A DNA stretch of 64,000 bases from Candidatus Uhrbacteria bacterium (GCA_963822405.1 CAWGHH010000002.1:266766-330765); one strand, 5' to 3'. Positions 38,104-48,530 are shown, counted from the stretch's first letter. Translations and numbers: made by a program. Notes: generated by a model from the letters alone, not told the origin.

Positions 38104-39786
38104 TTACCAAGATCCTCCCCCACCACCGCCCGAACCTCCTCCCGATGATCCTCCTGACATTCCGCTTGAATGTGGAGTGGCGGCTGTCACAGCCTGGCTA
38201 AAAGCGCCATTAAACTGTTGGAGATTCGTAATTAATAATGTACTTGAAAATGCGTGATTCGACTGGTCTTCGTACCAACTGGGTGTAGATTGATACAGTC
38301 CTTCAAACTTCTTCGCCCACTGACTTTCTACGCCAAGTGCCATGGCGAATGGCAAGAATTTCTCGAACGTCTCTGGCTCTAACTTTGGTGCATTCAGCAA
38401 CTCGAGCTTATCCTTTTCGGTTAGCTGTAAGAATTCCTTGAATCCCGCAATATCCGCCTGTGCCTGCGTTCCTTTAGGAGTGAATTGCTTGGCCATCTTA
38501 GCTGCTCCGGCCATTCGAATGATGATATAAATGATCCCCGGGAAGGCTAGGACGACTCCAAGCCCACTAGTGATAATTGATAATGCGAACGCTCCAAAAA
38601 TAACAGCCACTAAGGCAATCGCTAATTTTGTGACAAGTTTATCAGCTGCCTCCTTTGAGGCCTTATCGTAATATCCCTGGTCTCGAAGATAATCATCAGT
38701 TTCTGTTTTCACCCGCTCAATCTCTTCATGAAAAGTATCTTTGTCCTCTAGTAACGCGCTCAACGAAACCGCCTTCCCTCCCCCAAAAAATAAATTCCAA
38801 ATAATTTTTTCCCCTGGATGCTTGAGCGCGGATCCATCCTTCAGCTGAACAAATTCAAAATCTTTTTTATCGGGCCAAAACTTAATTACTTGGACAGTGT
38901 ATTTAATCTTGATGTAACCGCGAACGGCTAAATCTAAAATAACTGAAGAAATATCTTTTGTATCAACTGATTGGTCGAGTATTGCCCCAACATCAAGCGG
39001 AGTCAGTCCCTTCGGTGGCTGATACTGTGTCACGACCGGTCCTCGGTAACCCTGCTTCTTAAATACTCTTGATAAAACAGTAACAATCATGGTGATGATG
39101 ATGACAACAAAGAACAACGGAACCAACAGAAACAACCAATCGCCTCCAGACAAGGTAACGTCAGACGAAGAGCCAGAATCAGCATTCGCAACTACCGTGT
39201 CATTAACAATACCAAGCGGAATGCTCGCTGCAATCGTCAAACCTTCGCCAACGTCTAGCGCCTTTGTCGTATGGTAACCGGCTCCCCCTAAGTTATAACC
39301 GAAAGTACAGTTCCGTTCTGTGCTCCCCTGCGCGCCGGTATAACAGTTCATGTCAATCTTCGTCTCTTGGCCGGGTACAATCACCATCGCTTCTGCTTTT
39401 TCGATCGGTACCTGCCAACCATTACCAGTCACGTTCCAGTACAACTCGTCATGATCTTCGAATGGTCGAATTACATTCGTAACCGTGTAATCGATAACAT
39501 AAGTGTGCAACCCACTGATAGTTTCGTTTGCATCCCCAATTTTAATGTCGAGGTTTCCATTGTTCGTAGACTCGACGTAATGATAGGCTCGACCATTCTC
39601 ATCCTTCACGCTATTAACGGTTATGCCGATGTCTGGACCGTCGACGGCAGAGAGCGGGATATCGCGAAAAATTCCGTGTCTTTGATTATCGCTAAAATTA
39701 TAATTGATTCTTTCGTTCACCCCAACCGAGCCATTCTCGTTCAAGGTAATAGTCGAGTAGAAACTATCAATCTTTTCAAGTGACAT
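38104..39786 (-). CDS. DUF2207 family membrane protein
   Basis: HGIFRDIP, ELYWNVTG..W, LAVRGYI, LPFAMALGV..W, GGGSGGGGGGSW end; follows lemA. Confidence 0.92.
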   Translation of the reverse strand: MSLEKIDSFYSTITLNENGSVGVNERINYNFSDNQRHGIFRDIPLSAVDGPDIGITVNSVKDENGRAYHYVESTNNGNLDIKIGDANETISGLHTYVIDYTVTNVIRPFEDHDELYWNVTGNGWQVPIEKAEAMVIVPGQETKIDMNCYTGAQGSTERNCTFGYNLGGAGYHTTKALDVGEGLTIAASIPLGIVNDTVVANADSGSSSDVTLSGGDWLFLLVPLFFVVIIITMIVTVLSRVFKKQGYRGPVVTQYQPPKGLTPLDVGAILDQSVDTKDISSVILDLAVRGYIKIKYTVQVIKFWPDKKDFEFVQLKDGSALKHPGEKIIWNLFFGGGKAVSLSALLEDKDTFHEEIERVKTETDDYLRDQGYYDKASKEAADKLVTKLAIALVAVIFGAFALSIITSGLGVVLAFPGIIYIIIRMAGAAKMAKQFTPKGTQAQADIAGFKEFLQLTEKDKLELLNAPKLEPETFEKFLPFAMALGVESQWAKKFEGLYQSTPSWYEDQSNHAFSSTLLITNLQQFNGAFSQAVTAATPHSSGMSGGSSGGGSGGGGGGSW

Positions 39787-39787
39787 A

Positions 39788-40345
39788 TTACTTTTCGAAA
39801 GAAACATTTACTACTTCTTTTTCTTTCTCGTCTGCACCAAAAAACTCGAGCCTAGTGAAACCGAGCATCGGGGCAATAAGGTTCGACGGAAAGACTTGAA
39901 CCGCATTGTTCATCTCACGAACGGTCGCGTTGTAATAGCGTCGAGCAGATTGAATGTCATCTTCGAGCGTCACCAGTTGAGCTTGAAGTTGCTTAAAGTT
40001 TTCTGACGCCTTAAGCTCGGGATACGCCTCAGCCACCGCAAAGAAGCTCTTGAGAGCACCTGAAAGCGCCGTTTCTGCCACCGCTCGGGCAGCTACCCCG
40101 CCTCGCTCAACACTAATAGCCGCCATACGCGCCTTCGTCACCTCCTCAAGCACTGTCGCCTCATGTTGCTGGTATCCTTTCACAGTTTCGACAAGGTTCG
40201 GCACCAAATCATAACGTCTTTTTAACTGTACATCTATATCTGACAACGCATTCTTTGCTCGATTATTATTACTAACTAGTCCATTAAAAATGTACACAAC
40301 ACCGCCAATAACTCCAACGACGATCAGTAATATTAATAGAGGCAT
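39788..40345 (-). CDS. lemA: LemA family protein
   Basis: IDVQLKRRYDLVPNLV, EAYPELKASENF, RRYYN. Confidence 0.95.
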   Translation of the reverse strand: MPLLILLIVVGVIGGVVYIFNGLVSNNNRAKNALSDIDVQLKRRYDLVPNLVETVKGYQQHEATVLEEVTKARMAAISVERGGVAARAVAETALSGALKSFFAVAEAYPELKASENFKQLQAQLVTLEDDIQSARRYYNATVREMNNAVQVFPSNLIAPMLGFTRLEFFGADEKEKEVVNVSFEK

Positions 40346-40355
40346 ATATTGAGTG

Positions 40356-41222
40356 TTAATTTCGCTTAAGCCAAGCAGAAACGTAGGCGAGAACAATAAA
40401 CTTTGGAGTACATGCCCAAAGTATAAGCCACGGAATAAGCCCGTGATGCTTTTTCATATACTTGCGTAAACTAGTGCGAATCCATTTCTGCTTTCTGATC
40501 GTCGCCACTTTATTAAAACTGTGGCCTTTGTGATGAATAACCTCGCAGTCACCATATGATCGAACTTTGAACCCAGCGTCGACCGTCATTTTGCAATAAT
40601 CTACCTCCTCAAACCAAATGAAATATCGCTCGTCGAGCAAGCCAATCTTATCCATGACTTCGCGACGAATAACCATAAACGCGCCCATGATGGAATCAAC
40701 ATCCTGCGTTTTCAACGGATCGACATCCCGCATCATGTATTTGTCGACGGCTTTCAAATGCTTGAACACGTGCGGCAACTTGAACAATATTTCGAGCTGA
40801 TCGACGAGCGTCGGGAAGCGACGAATACTCTCCTGGTGTGAACCATCGGGATAGCGAATAACACAACTACCAATGCCAACTTCTTTATCAGCATCGAGGT
40901 GATCAATCATGCGCTGCATAACCCCCGGCGGGACAATCGCATCCGGGTTCAAGAGCAGGGCGTAGCGACCGGTCGTCTGCTTGAGACCAACATTAACCGC
41001 AGCGGCAAACCCTCTATTCTGCTCGTTCACAATCACTTGCGCCTCGGGCAAAATTTCATGTACAAAACTTGGCATCTTCTTGTCGTTCGCGTTATCTACA
41101 ACTACTACATCAAAATTCACATCATGCGCTGCTGCCAAACTCATAAAACATGCCCGCAAAACTTCGGGGTCTGTCTTGTAGGTAACGATCACTATTGTTA
41201 CGTCTCTTAGTTCAGTGTTCAT
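40356..41222 (-). CDS. GT2 glycosyltransferase (rhamnosyltransferase-like)
   Basis: VVVDN, NRGFAAAVN, LLNPD, EEVDYC. Confidence 0.92.
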   Translation of the reverse strand: MNTELRDVTIVIVTYKTDPEVLRACFMSLAAAHDVNFDVVVVDNANDKKMPSFVHEILPEAQVIVNEQNRGFAAAVNVGLKQTTGRYALLLNPDAIVPPGVMQRMIDHLDADKEVGIGSCVIRYPDGSHQESIRRFPTLVDQLEILFKLPHVFKHLKAVDKYMMRDVDPLKTQDVDSIMGAFMVIRREVMDKIGLLDERYFIWFEEVDYCKMTVDAGFKVRSYGDCEVIHHKGHSFNKVATIRKQKWIRTSLRKYMKKHHGLIPWLILWACTPKFIVLAYVSAWLKRN

Positions 41223-41917
41223 AGATGATGTTTCTCTGCAATTATCTCACGCGCTGCCTCATATTTCTTAATGCTCACCGGTTTCCATGGCGACAACCTC
41301 CACGGCAATTGATAGGCCAGTTTAGGCAACCAGGTCGAGCCGATTCTTGACTCCCCGTGAATACCAACGTGGAATAACACTTCTGGCACAAGGACGCCAA
41401 CCTTTCCACGCTCGAGCATCGTTAACCACACATCCCAATCTTGTAGTCGCTTAATGGCATTGTCGAATCCTGGAAAATCAGCTCGACGAACAAGCGAAGT
41501 AGTATGCACGAAGTTCATCTTCTTGAGTTTATCTACGTTAAACGTCGTACCCCAAAAAGTCTTCCAACCAAACGTAAAACCGGAATACGCATAGCTCGAT
41601 TCCGGATGCGCATCAAGTAACTTCGCCATCTTCTCAAGCATTTCTTTCTCCATGATCACATCCGCGTCGACGAAAATTACGAACTCCCCCTTCGCCTCCT
41701 TGAATCCCCTATTTCTCGCCGGGTTAGATCCTTGGTTCTCTTGCTTAATAGAAATTATCTTTCCCTCGTACTTCTTCAGAACCTCCTGCGTATTATCCGT
41801 CGAGCCATCATCAACCACGATCACCTCGATGGGGCTGTATGTCTGCGCAAAAACCGAATCCAAACAAGCCGAGATAGAATCGGCGTGTTGAAACGTAGGA
41901 ATGATAACGGAAATCAT
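41219..41917 (-). CDS. GT2 glycosyltransferase
   Basis: SVIIP, VDDGSTD, ARNRG, DAD, QDWD. Confidence 0.92.
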   Translation of the reverse strand: MISVIIPTFQHADSISACLDSVFAQTYSPIEVIVVDDGSTDNTQEVLKKYEGKIISIKQENQGSNPARNRGFKEAKGEFVIFVDADVIMEKEMLEKMAKLLDAHPESSYAYSGFTFGWKTFWGTTFNVDKLKKMNFVHTTSLVRRADFPGFDNAIKRLQDWDVWLTMLERGKVGVLVPEVLFHVGIHGESRIGSTWLPKLAYQLPWRLSPWKPVSIKKYEAAREIIAEKHHL

Positions 41918-43026
41918 TGATTGCATATTTCCTTTAGTTTTCCCATCTGCTCTTCTCTCGTAAACTGCTCAAGCACTCGCACTCTCCCCCGCGAACCCAT
42001 GGAGGCGCGCAGTTCAGGGCTGTCAATGAGTATCTGCAAGCCCTTCACAAGGTCATCGGTAGTGTCATCGACGAGCACGCCCGTCTTGCCGTCTACTATC
42101 GCTTCAGCCACTCCCCCGGTGCGTGTACCAACGACAGGGAGGCCGAACAGATTCGCTTCGAGGTACACGATACCAAACCCTTCACGATCAATACTCGATT
42201 GCGTGGTCGGCATGACAAAAATATCTGCGTCAGCGTAAATTTCAGGCAAGGTTAAGTCATCAGCATCCGTAATCATCGTTACGCGCTCTCCGAGTCCAAG
42301 CTCAATGATCTTCGCCTTAATCTTCTCTTTCATTGGCCCGTCACCTACGATCGTGTATTTCGTATTCGACAGCTTAGTCATCGCGTCGAGCACCTTCAAA
42401 TGCCCCTTACGCTCTACAAGCCGGGCGACGGTCAATAACGTTACGTGTTTGTCATCCTGAGCAGAGCGAAGGATCTGATTGGTTGGCACAGGGAGGCCAA
42501 TCGCCCCAGCCGCCAGTTTCGCCAAATCCCTCAAATCAGTCCATCCTTTTCCCTTCCTCACTCCCTTTGACGCCTCAACTAACGCATCCGCCACCGGCGG
42601 ATATATGCATAGTACGGGCCGACTTCTATGTCGGCCCTCTCTCAGGCTCTCGACCTCACTTTTCAATGCCTCCGAATTTACTACAACCGCCTCCGCTCCC
42701 CTCAGGATTCTCCCGGTCAACCACCTCTTCCACGCATTTCTCCTCGCCAAATCAAAATCCATGCCGTGCAAAAATATCACGTAAGGCTTTGATCCCATCA
42801 TCTTTGCTAACCACGCCACAGTTCCTACTGGCAAAATCTCATGTATAAAATACAGATCTGTCACTTGATTACTCTGCCAAAAAATCGGAAAAATTAATTC
42901 ATAACTTGGTCGAGCAATCCGTTCAATAGCAACAGACGGATAAGTCAAAACAATCGCGTCAATATACCGCGCAATACCGCCACGAGCACCCTCTTTTTGA
43001 AGTGTTGGAATAGCTACTCGTTTCAT
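41914..43026 (-). CDS. GT4 glycosyltransferase with repeat-derived insertions
   Basis: GGIARY, VARLVERKG, EGFGIVYLEA. Confidence 0.92.
   Translation of the reverse strand: MKRVAIPTLQKEGARGGIARYIDAIVLTYPSVAIERIARPSYELIFPIFWQSNQVTDLYFIHEILPVGTVAWLAKMMGSKPYVIFLHGMDFDLARRNAWKRWLTGRILRGAEAVVVNSEALKSEVESLREGRHRSRPVLCIYPPVADALVEASKGVRKGKGWTDLRDLAKLAAGAIGLPVPTNQILRSAQDDKHVTLLTVARLVERKGHLKVLDAMTKLSNTKYTIVGDGPMKEKIKAKIIELGLGERVTMITDADDLTLPEIYADADIFVMPTTQSSIDREGFGIVYLEANLFGLPVVGTRTGGVAEAIVDGKTGVLVDDTTDDLVKGLQILIDSPELRASMGSRGRVRVLEQFTREEQMGKLKEICNQ
42451..42476. repeat. In-frame GTCATCCTGAG...CGAAGGATCT element in GT4
   Basis: GTCATCCTGAG-CAGAG-CGAAGGATCT; encodes QILRSAQDD. Confidence 0.8.
42612..42637. 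repeat. In-frame GTAG-type REP-like palindrome in GT4
   Basis: GTAc-GGGCCGAC-TTCTAT-GTCGGCCC; encodes GRHRSRPV. Confidence 0.7.
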
Positions 43027-44486
43027 ACGGAAGAAACTTCTTCGGCAATCCCATTTTGTCTAAAACGAGGGACAATTGCCCAGAGCGCGCGCAGATGTTC
43101 AACCGTCAGTGACTTCGTGGAAAACGCAACAATGAAGAAGACTACTGCGCCAAGCGGAATAGTCAAAATCCAAGGAATAAACGCTTTAGAAATCATCACT
43201 ACTCCGGCCATCACCGCTCCACTCGCCAGCGAGCCACCAATGAATGGAATGAGATCAAAGAACGGAACTTTGATTACGCGCTGAAGCATGATGTACCCAA
43301 CCGTGAACATAAATGAAAAACTAATAAACGCCGCTACGCCAGCACCTTCTATTCCAAGTCGTGGAACTAGAATTAAATTAGATACGATGTTAATCACCAT
43401 GGTCGCGCCCATAATTGCTGTTTTAGTAGACTGTCGACCAGTGGCATTGAGGAGCGAACCAACTGGATAGTCAAGAAAAATAAATAACAACGCGAACACG
43501 AGAATCTGCAGCGTCGGCGCAGCTTCTGCAAATTTAGAAGTATAAATGAAATTAATAAAGTCTGGAGCCAGGGCGAACAAGCCAAAAACAACTGGAGCCG
43601 CTAACAAAGCCATGTACCACTCAGCATTCAAAAAAGTATTTTTTAGCTTGTCTGGTTCGTTCGCCTGTGCACTCATGGTCGGATACAGCGCACCGATGAA
43701 CGCCAATGGAAGGAACTGGAACGCGTACGTGAGCTTGTACGCCACCGCGTATACGCCCACTGCCGCCTGTCCGTAGACCATGTTAATAGTGAACGAATCG
43801 ACGTACGAATATATTTTCACGAAGACTGCCGCCAAGAAAAACATAAAAGACATCTTGAGTGGCTTCAGTCCCTCGGAGAACTCCGGAACTATCGCCTTCC
43901 AACCTAATCGACGAACAACCTGGCTCACCGAAAAAATTGCGTTCCAAGCACTACCAGCAATAAGCGCAACAATCAGTAGTGTCAGATCCGTCGAATTGGT
44001 CAAAAGAACCGTCGCCCCGATAATCGTAGTGATAGTCTGGCCGACGAATATTCCGATCGACTCGTACTTCAAGTTCTGAAACCCTCGCAAAACACCAAAG
44101 TACGCCAGCGAAACGGTGTCGAGTAACATGATAGCAATTGCAATATGCGTCAGCCTCGCTGCCTCTGCATCAAATCCTAATAATGGTGGCAAAACTATCG
44201 CCAGCACAATCGTCACCGGAATTGTCAGCAACTTATTCGCGAGTACATTCCTCACATGCTTCAACGCACGATCATTCTCACGCGCCACCTCTCGTATCAG
44301 CACCGAGGTAAGACCGACGTCGCCAAAAACACCAATAGTCGTAGTTAGTCCCAAGGCCAAAAAGTAAGAGCCGAGTGCTGCGTCCCCAATTGTTCTAGCA
44401 ACCACCGCAAAGTACAGAAACGCAATCGCCTTCTGCCCGACAGACGCCACCGTTAAAAGGAACGTATTCCTTGCAAGTTGGGACAT
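43023..44486 (-). CDS. wzx: Polysaccharide flippase (Wzx)
   Basis: LARNT start, D.GL...LIREVA, VGVYAVAYK; many TM helices; within GT cluster. Confidence 0.9.
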   Translation of the reverse strand: MSQLARNTFLLTVASVGQKAIAFLYFAVVARTIGDAALGSYFLALGLTTTIGVFGDVGLTSVLIREVARENDRALKHVRNVLANKLLTIPVTIVLAIVLPPLLGFDAEAARLTHIAIAIMLLDTVSLAYFGVLRGFQNLKYESIGIFVGQTITTIIGATVLLTNSTDLTLLIVALIAGSAWNAIFSVSQVVRRLGWKAIVPEFSEGLKPLKMSFMFFLAAVFVKIYSYVDSFTINMVYGQAAVGVYAVAYKLTYAFQFLPLAFIGALYPTMSAQANEPDKLKNTFLNAEWYMALLAAPVVFGLFALAPDFINFIYTSKFAEAAPTLQILVFALLFIFLDYPVGSLLNATGRQSTKTAIMGATMVINIVSNLILVPRLGIEGAGVAAFISFSFMFTVGYIMLQRVIKVPFFDLIPFIGGSLASGAVMAGVVMISKAFIPWILTIPLGAVVFFIVAFSTKSLTVEHLRALWAIVPRFRQNGIAEEVSSV

Positions 44487-44587
44487 ATTTACCCCACATC
44501 ATACGCTAAATGCCCCTAAAAAACAAAGAGCGCGCCCAACCGGTGGCAGCGTGTCAGACGACACTCTCTGTTCCACTCGGGGACGCG

Positions 44588-45040
44588 CTACGACTTAACG
44601 AACTTCACGTAATCCTTTGCGGAATCACGCTCGATCTCGATCATCTCCTCAAAGGTGCCGATCGTGATGTAGATGTTGAGCTCCAGCCCCCCGTTCTCAA
44701 GCAACAGGTGGCACCGATCCATGATCGCGGTGGCCACCGCCTGCGGATCGAAGATCGACACATCCGATCCAGGCTCCCCCTCACCGGTCAGGAATTCGAT
44801 GATGTCGCTTTGTCGATCCTGGTAGATCTCCGATAGACCAACGAGCATCCCCACTTCATAGTGATCATGGGACTTTTCCTTCGGGTTCCAAATGAGGAGC
44901 GAAAAATCCACCATGTCGTTAACCTCATTGATCTGCACTCGAAAGTGCACACCTTCTTTCACTTTCACCTTACGTATCACCACGTTCGTGATGAACTTAC
45001 CCTCATCAGAAAGCATTTCCGACTGCTCTGGAATCTTCAT
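44588..45040 (-). CDS. Orphan acidic hypothetical protein with own promoter and SD
   Basis: TTGACG...TAGGAT promoter and GGAGGG before ATG 45040; 150 aa. Confidence 0.75.
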   Translation of the reverse strand: MKIPEQSEMLSDEGKFITNVVIRKVKVKEGVHFRVQINEVNDMVDFSLLIWNPKEKSHDHYEVGMLVGLSEIYQDRQSDIIEFLTGEGEPGSDVSIFDPQAVATAIMDRCHLLLENGGLELNIYITIGTFEEMIEIERDSAKDYVKFVKS

Positions 45041-45097
45041 GACACCCTCCGTCCAAGTGGACAAATGATCCTAACACCCCAAAACATTCTCGTCAAA

Positions 45098-45135
45098 ACA
45101 AAAACCCCCCGATTGCTCGAGGAGTTCTTGGTTTG
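45098..45135 (-). terminator. Terminator of ribosomal protein operon
   Basis: ACTCCTCGA-GCAA-TCGGGGGGT followed by T run on - strand. Confidence 0.8.
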
Positions 45136-45143
45136 ATAGTTGA

Positions 45144-45539
45144 TTAACGCTTTCTCCACTGTGGGGAACGGCGGGCACCGCGCTTACCTGGTTTCTTGCG
45201 TTCCTTCTTGCGAGGATCGCGAGTGAGCAAGTGAGCTGCTTTGAGCGCTGGGCGCAAAGCGATTTCAAGGATGATCAAGGCGCGAGCAATGGCCAAACGC
45301 GCAGCGTCTGACTGGCCAATGATACCGCCACCGGAAGTCTTCAAAGAGACATCCACTTTTTCAGTCATACCAACCTCTTTGAGAGGGCGCATAACCATAC
45401 CGCGGAGAGCTTCCGTGGTGAAAAACTCTTCAAACTTTTTGCCGTTTACAGTGATGATGCCGGAACCGCCTGGAGTGAGGCGAGCCTGACAGACCGATGT
45501 CTTACGACGACCAAGTGCTTGGAAATATTTTTCGGCCAT
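45144..45539 (-). CDS. rpsI: 30S ribosomal protein S9
   Basis: GRRKTS, LTRDPRKKERKKPG..ARRSPQWRKR. Confidence 0.97.
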   Translation of the reverse strand: MAEKYFQALGRRKTSVCQARLTPGGSGIITVNGKKFEEFFTTEALRGMVMRPLKEVGMTEKVDVSLKTSGGGIIGQSDAARLAIARALIILEIALRPALKAAHLLTRDPRKKERKKPGKRGARRSPQWRKR

Positions 45540-45540
45540 A

Positions 45541-45897
45541 TTATTCAACAGTCAAGCGAATCATCCGTGGTGTCCGGTGCTTGTTCTTAGGAAGCATTCT
45601 GGAAACTGCCATACGGAGAACTTCCGTTGGATCTTTCTTCCACATGTCCTTCAAGGACTTTGTGCGAAGACCACCTGGATGAGCGGTGTGGTGATGATAA
45701 ACCTTCTGTTCCATCTTTTTACCGGTCCACTTCATCTTGCCGGCGTTTTTGACGATGACAAAATCTCCAGCGTCAACGTTCGGCTGGTAAGCAACAGAAG
45801 TCTTACCCATGAGGGCACGAGCAATCTGCGAAGCCAAGCGGCCTGGAATCTTATCCGTAGCATCGAAGCTAACGGTTTTTCGGGTAATGGTCGTCAT
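45541..45897 (-). CDS. rplM: 50S ribosomal protein L13
   Basis: GRLASQIA..LMGK, DAGDFV, HTAHPGGL, MLPKN. Confidence 0.97.
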   Translation of the reverse strand: MTTITRKTVSFDATDKIPGRLASQIARALMGKTSVAYQPNVDAGDFVIVKNAGKMKWTGKKMEQKVYHHHTAHPGGLRTKSLKDMWKKDPTEVLRMAVSRMLPKNKHRTPRMIRLTVE

Positions 45898-45898
45898 A

Positions 45899-46249
45899 TT
45901 AGACAAGTTCAATGAGAGCTGTTTCCGCGCGATCGCCCTGGCGAGTGCCAAGCTTCGTCAAACGGACATAACCACCAGTGCGGGTCATGAAACGAGGACC
46001 AATAACTTCCAAGAGCTTCTTCACCGGCTGTTCCGTTGTGAAAAAACCAAGAAGGTAACGGCGGGAAGCTAGATCATTGCGTTTAGCAACGGTGATTAGC
46101 TTTTCAATGAGCGGGCGGGCAACTTTAGCACGGCCAAGGGATGTTTCGATCCGCTCGTACGTAATTAAAGCAGTCGCAAGATCCCTAAGAAGGGCTTTGC
46201 GGGCTGGTGACTTCCGGCTCAATTTCTTATTCTTATCTCGATGGCGCAT
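45899..46249 (-). CDS. rplQ: 50S ribosomal protein L17
   Basis: MRHR..KLSR, R.GGYVR, RQGD. Confidence 0.97.
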   Translation of the reverse strand: MRHRDKNKKLSRKSPARKALLRDLATALITYERIETSLGRAKVARPLIEKLITVAKRNDLASRRYLLGFFTTEQPVKKLLEVIGPRFMTRTGGYVRLTKLGTRQGDRAETALIELV

Positions 46250-46251
46250 AC

Positions 46252-47001
46252 TTACTCTTCCTTAGGCGCTTCCTCCGATGCGCGGTTGATTTGTTCGGTT
46301 AATTCGGAGTTGTTCAACTGGCTCTGGATCCATGTGAAGTGGTTCAACATGATCTTCGTGGCCTGCTCAACAGCTTCCTGTGGCGTGATGGAACCGTCTG
46401 TCTCAATAGTCATGAGCAACTTATCGTAGTTCGTGATTTCTCCAACGCGAGTGTTCTCTACTTTGAGACCCACCGTGCGAACTGGGGAAAACATGGCATC
46501 GATAGCAATTACTCCAATTTCTGTAGGAGCCTCTTCACGCTCTTCTGTTGGGAGATACCCACGGCCTTTGGAAACCGTAATTTCCATGTCCAGAGTGACT
46601 TTCTCATCCGTCAGAGTAGCAATGACTAGGTCAGTATTAACAATTTCTACGTCTGCATTGGCCGTGATGTCAGCAGCAGTGACTGGACCTTCGCCCTTCT
46701 TCTGCAACTTGAGAACCACTGGCTCATCAGAGTGGACACGCATGCGGAGCTTTTTCAAGTTCAGCATGATGTCTAACACATCTTCCTTAACGCCAGACAC
46801 CGCAGAAAACTCGTGCTGTGCGCCTTTTACCTTCATGGCCGTAACGGCTGCACCCGGGAGTGATGAGAGCAGGACGCGACGGAGCGCGTTACCTACTGTT
46901 GTTCCGTACCCGTGGTGAAGCGGTTCTATAGTGAGTACAGCCTCTGACACCGTGGTGCCTGGAGTGAAGTACATCTTTGAAGGGAGGAAAATGGTCTCCA
47001 T
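46252..47001 (-). CDS. rpoA: RNA polymerase alpha subunit lacking alpha-CTD (249 aa)
   Basis: EPLHHGYGTTVGNALRRVLLSS, HEFS, IDAMFSPV, ETDGS. Confidence 0.97.
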   Translation of the reverse strand: METIFLPSKMYFTPGTTVSEAVLTIEPLHHGYGTTVGNALRRVLLSSLPGAAVTAMKVKGAQHEFSAVSGVKEDVLDIMLNLKKLRMRVHSDEPVVLKLQKKGEGPVTAADITANADVEIVNTDLVIATLTDEKVTLDMEITVSKGRGYLPTEEREEAPTEIGVIAIDAMFSPVRTVGLKVENTRVGEITNYDKLLMTIETDGSITPQEAVEQATKIMLNHFTWIQSQLNNSELTEQINRASEEAPKEE

Positions 47002-47031
47002 ACATCGTATATAAGCGGTAAGCTTTAAGGC

Positions 47032-47655
47032 TTAGCGCATTGAATAAAATTCGACGACGAGTTTCGGGTCATACGCTTCCTTGAGGTCCTCTCCTGCTGG
47101 AATGCTGACTACCTTTCCCTTCATAGCTTCCTCACGGCTGAGCCAACCCGGAACGTTATGTGTCTTCTGGCGTTCAGCAAGATCGGCAAAGAGCTTCTTA
47201 GCCTGCTTGGTTGGACGGATTTCCACAATATCACCAACGCTGACCTGGTAAGAAGGGATATTCACCTTTCCACCGTTAACGCTAATCATACAATGGCTAA
47301 CCATCTGACGAGCCTGAGGACGAGTCTTCGCAATTCCCATGCGGAAGACAACGTTATCAAGACGCAACTCCAAGAAACGCGCCAAGAATTCTCCGGTGTT
47401 ACCGGTGAGTTTCTTAGATTTCTCAAAGTAGTTACGGAACTGGCGTTCCATAATACCGTAAAGACGCTTAGCCTTCTGCTTTTCGCGAAGCTGAGTGCCG
47501 TATGCGCTCACCTTAGGTGGTCGCATGCCTGGCTTACCGTGCACACCTGGTGAGTACGGTCGCTTCTGCATCACTTTGAGGATGCTAGAGCTCGTAGAAA
47601 GCGGAACGCCTTCCCGACGGCTCATTTTGCCCATTGGTTTAAGAGTTTTTCCCAT
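47032..47655 (-). CDS. rpsD: 30S ribosomal protein S4
   Basis: QLREKQK, LELRLDNVVFR, ARQMVSH, VVEFYS. Confidence 0.97.
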   Translation of the reverse strand: MGKTLKPMGKMSRREGVPLSTSSSILKVMQKRPYSPGVHGKPGMRPPKVSAYGTQLREKQKAKRLYGIMERQFRNYFEKSKKLTGNTGEFLARFLELRLDNVVFRMGIAKTRPQARQMVSHCMISVNGGKVNIPSYQVSVGDIVEIRPTKQAKKLFADLAERQKTHNVPGWLSREEAMKGKVVSIPAGEDLKEAYDPKLVVEFYSMR

Positions 47656-47664
47656 AGGTAGTAA

Positions 47665-48135
47665 TTACACGCGGCGAGCCCGACGTGGGCGGCAGCCGTT
47701 ATGCGCAACTGGAGTCAAGTCTTTGATTGAAAGCACATTGAAACCGCTGCCGTTCAAGGCGCGCAAAGCACCGTCACGACCATTCCCGATACCCGTCACA
47801 AAGACATGAATGTCCTTGAGGCCGAATAAGTTAGCTTTATCAGAAGCCTTCTTAACCACCACCGAGGCAGCATAAGGAGTAGCTTTCTTAGGACCCTTGA
47901 ATCCGCAGTTTCCAGCGGATGCCCAGGCGATAAGATTACCGTTCGGATCCGTGAGGGACACGATGGTGTTGTTAAAGCTAGCATGAATGTAAGCGCGACC
48001 AGCTGGGATTGGGCGCAAAGTGCGCTTCTTACCCTTAGCTGTCATCATCTTATCTGACTTTGGCTTAGCGCTAGTAACGACGGCTTCTCCAGCGCCATCT
48101 AATACGGGAGCGTCGATTTTTTCTTCTTCAGTCAT
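47665..48135 (-). CDS. rpsK: 30S ribosomal protein S11
   Basis: SFNNTIV, KKATPYAA, TPVAHNGCRP. Confidence 0.97.
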   Translation of the reverse strand: MTEEEKIDAPVLDGAGEAVVTSAKPKSDKMMTAKGKKRTLRPIPAGRAYIHASFNNTIVSLTDPNGNLIAWASAGNCGFKGPKKATPYAASVVVKKASDKANLFGLKDIHVFVTGIGNGRDGALRALNGSGFNVLSIKDLTPVAHNGCRPRRARRV

Positions 48136-48141
48136 AGGAGA

Positions 48142-48528
48142 TTAGGTCTTTGCTAGAACACGACGACCGCTACCGGCTGTCTTTCTGACGTTACCACGCG
48201 TAGTGCGGGAATTGGACTTTGTGCGCTGGCCACGAACCGGGAGGTTCTTTGAGTGGCGGATACCGCGACGAGCACCAATATCCTTTAGACGCTTAATGTT
48301 TGAAAGCTTTTCGCGGCGAAGTTCACCTTCTACGCGGAAATCTTTTTCAACGATAACGCGGATAGCGTTCTCTTGATCAAGAGTCAAGTCCTTAGCGCGG
48401 GTCTCTTCTGAGACACCTGCTTTCTTCAAAACGTCATGGGCGCGTGTCTGACCAACTCCATAAATGTATTGGAGTCCAATGACAATGCGCTTCTGAGCTG
48501 GGATTGTGACACCGGCGATTCTAGCCAT
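48142..48528 (-). CDS. rpsM: 30S ribosomal protein S13
   Basis: MARIAGV, IYGVG, LPVRGQRTK. Confidence 0.97.
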   Translation of the reverse strand: MARIAGVTIPAQKRIVIGLQYIYGVGQTRAHDVLKKAGVSEETRAKDLTLDQENAIRVIVEKDFRVEGELRREKLSNIKRLKDIGARRGIRHSKNLPVRGQRTKSNSRTTRGNVRKTAGSGRRVLAKT

Positions 48529-48530
48529 AG

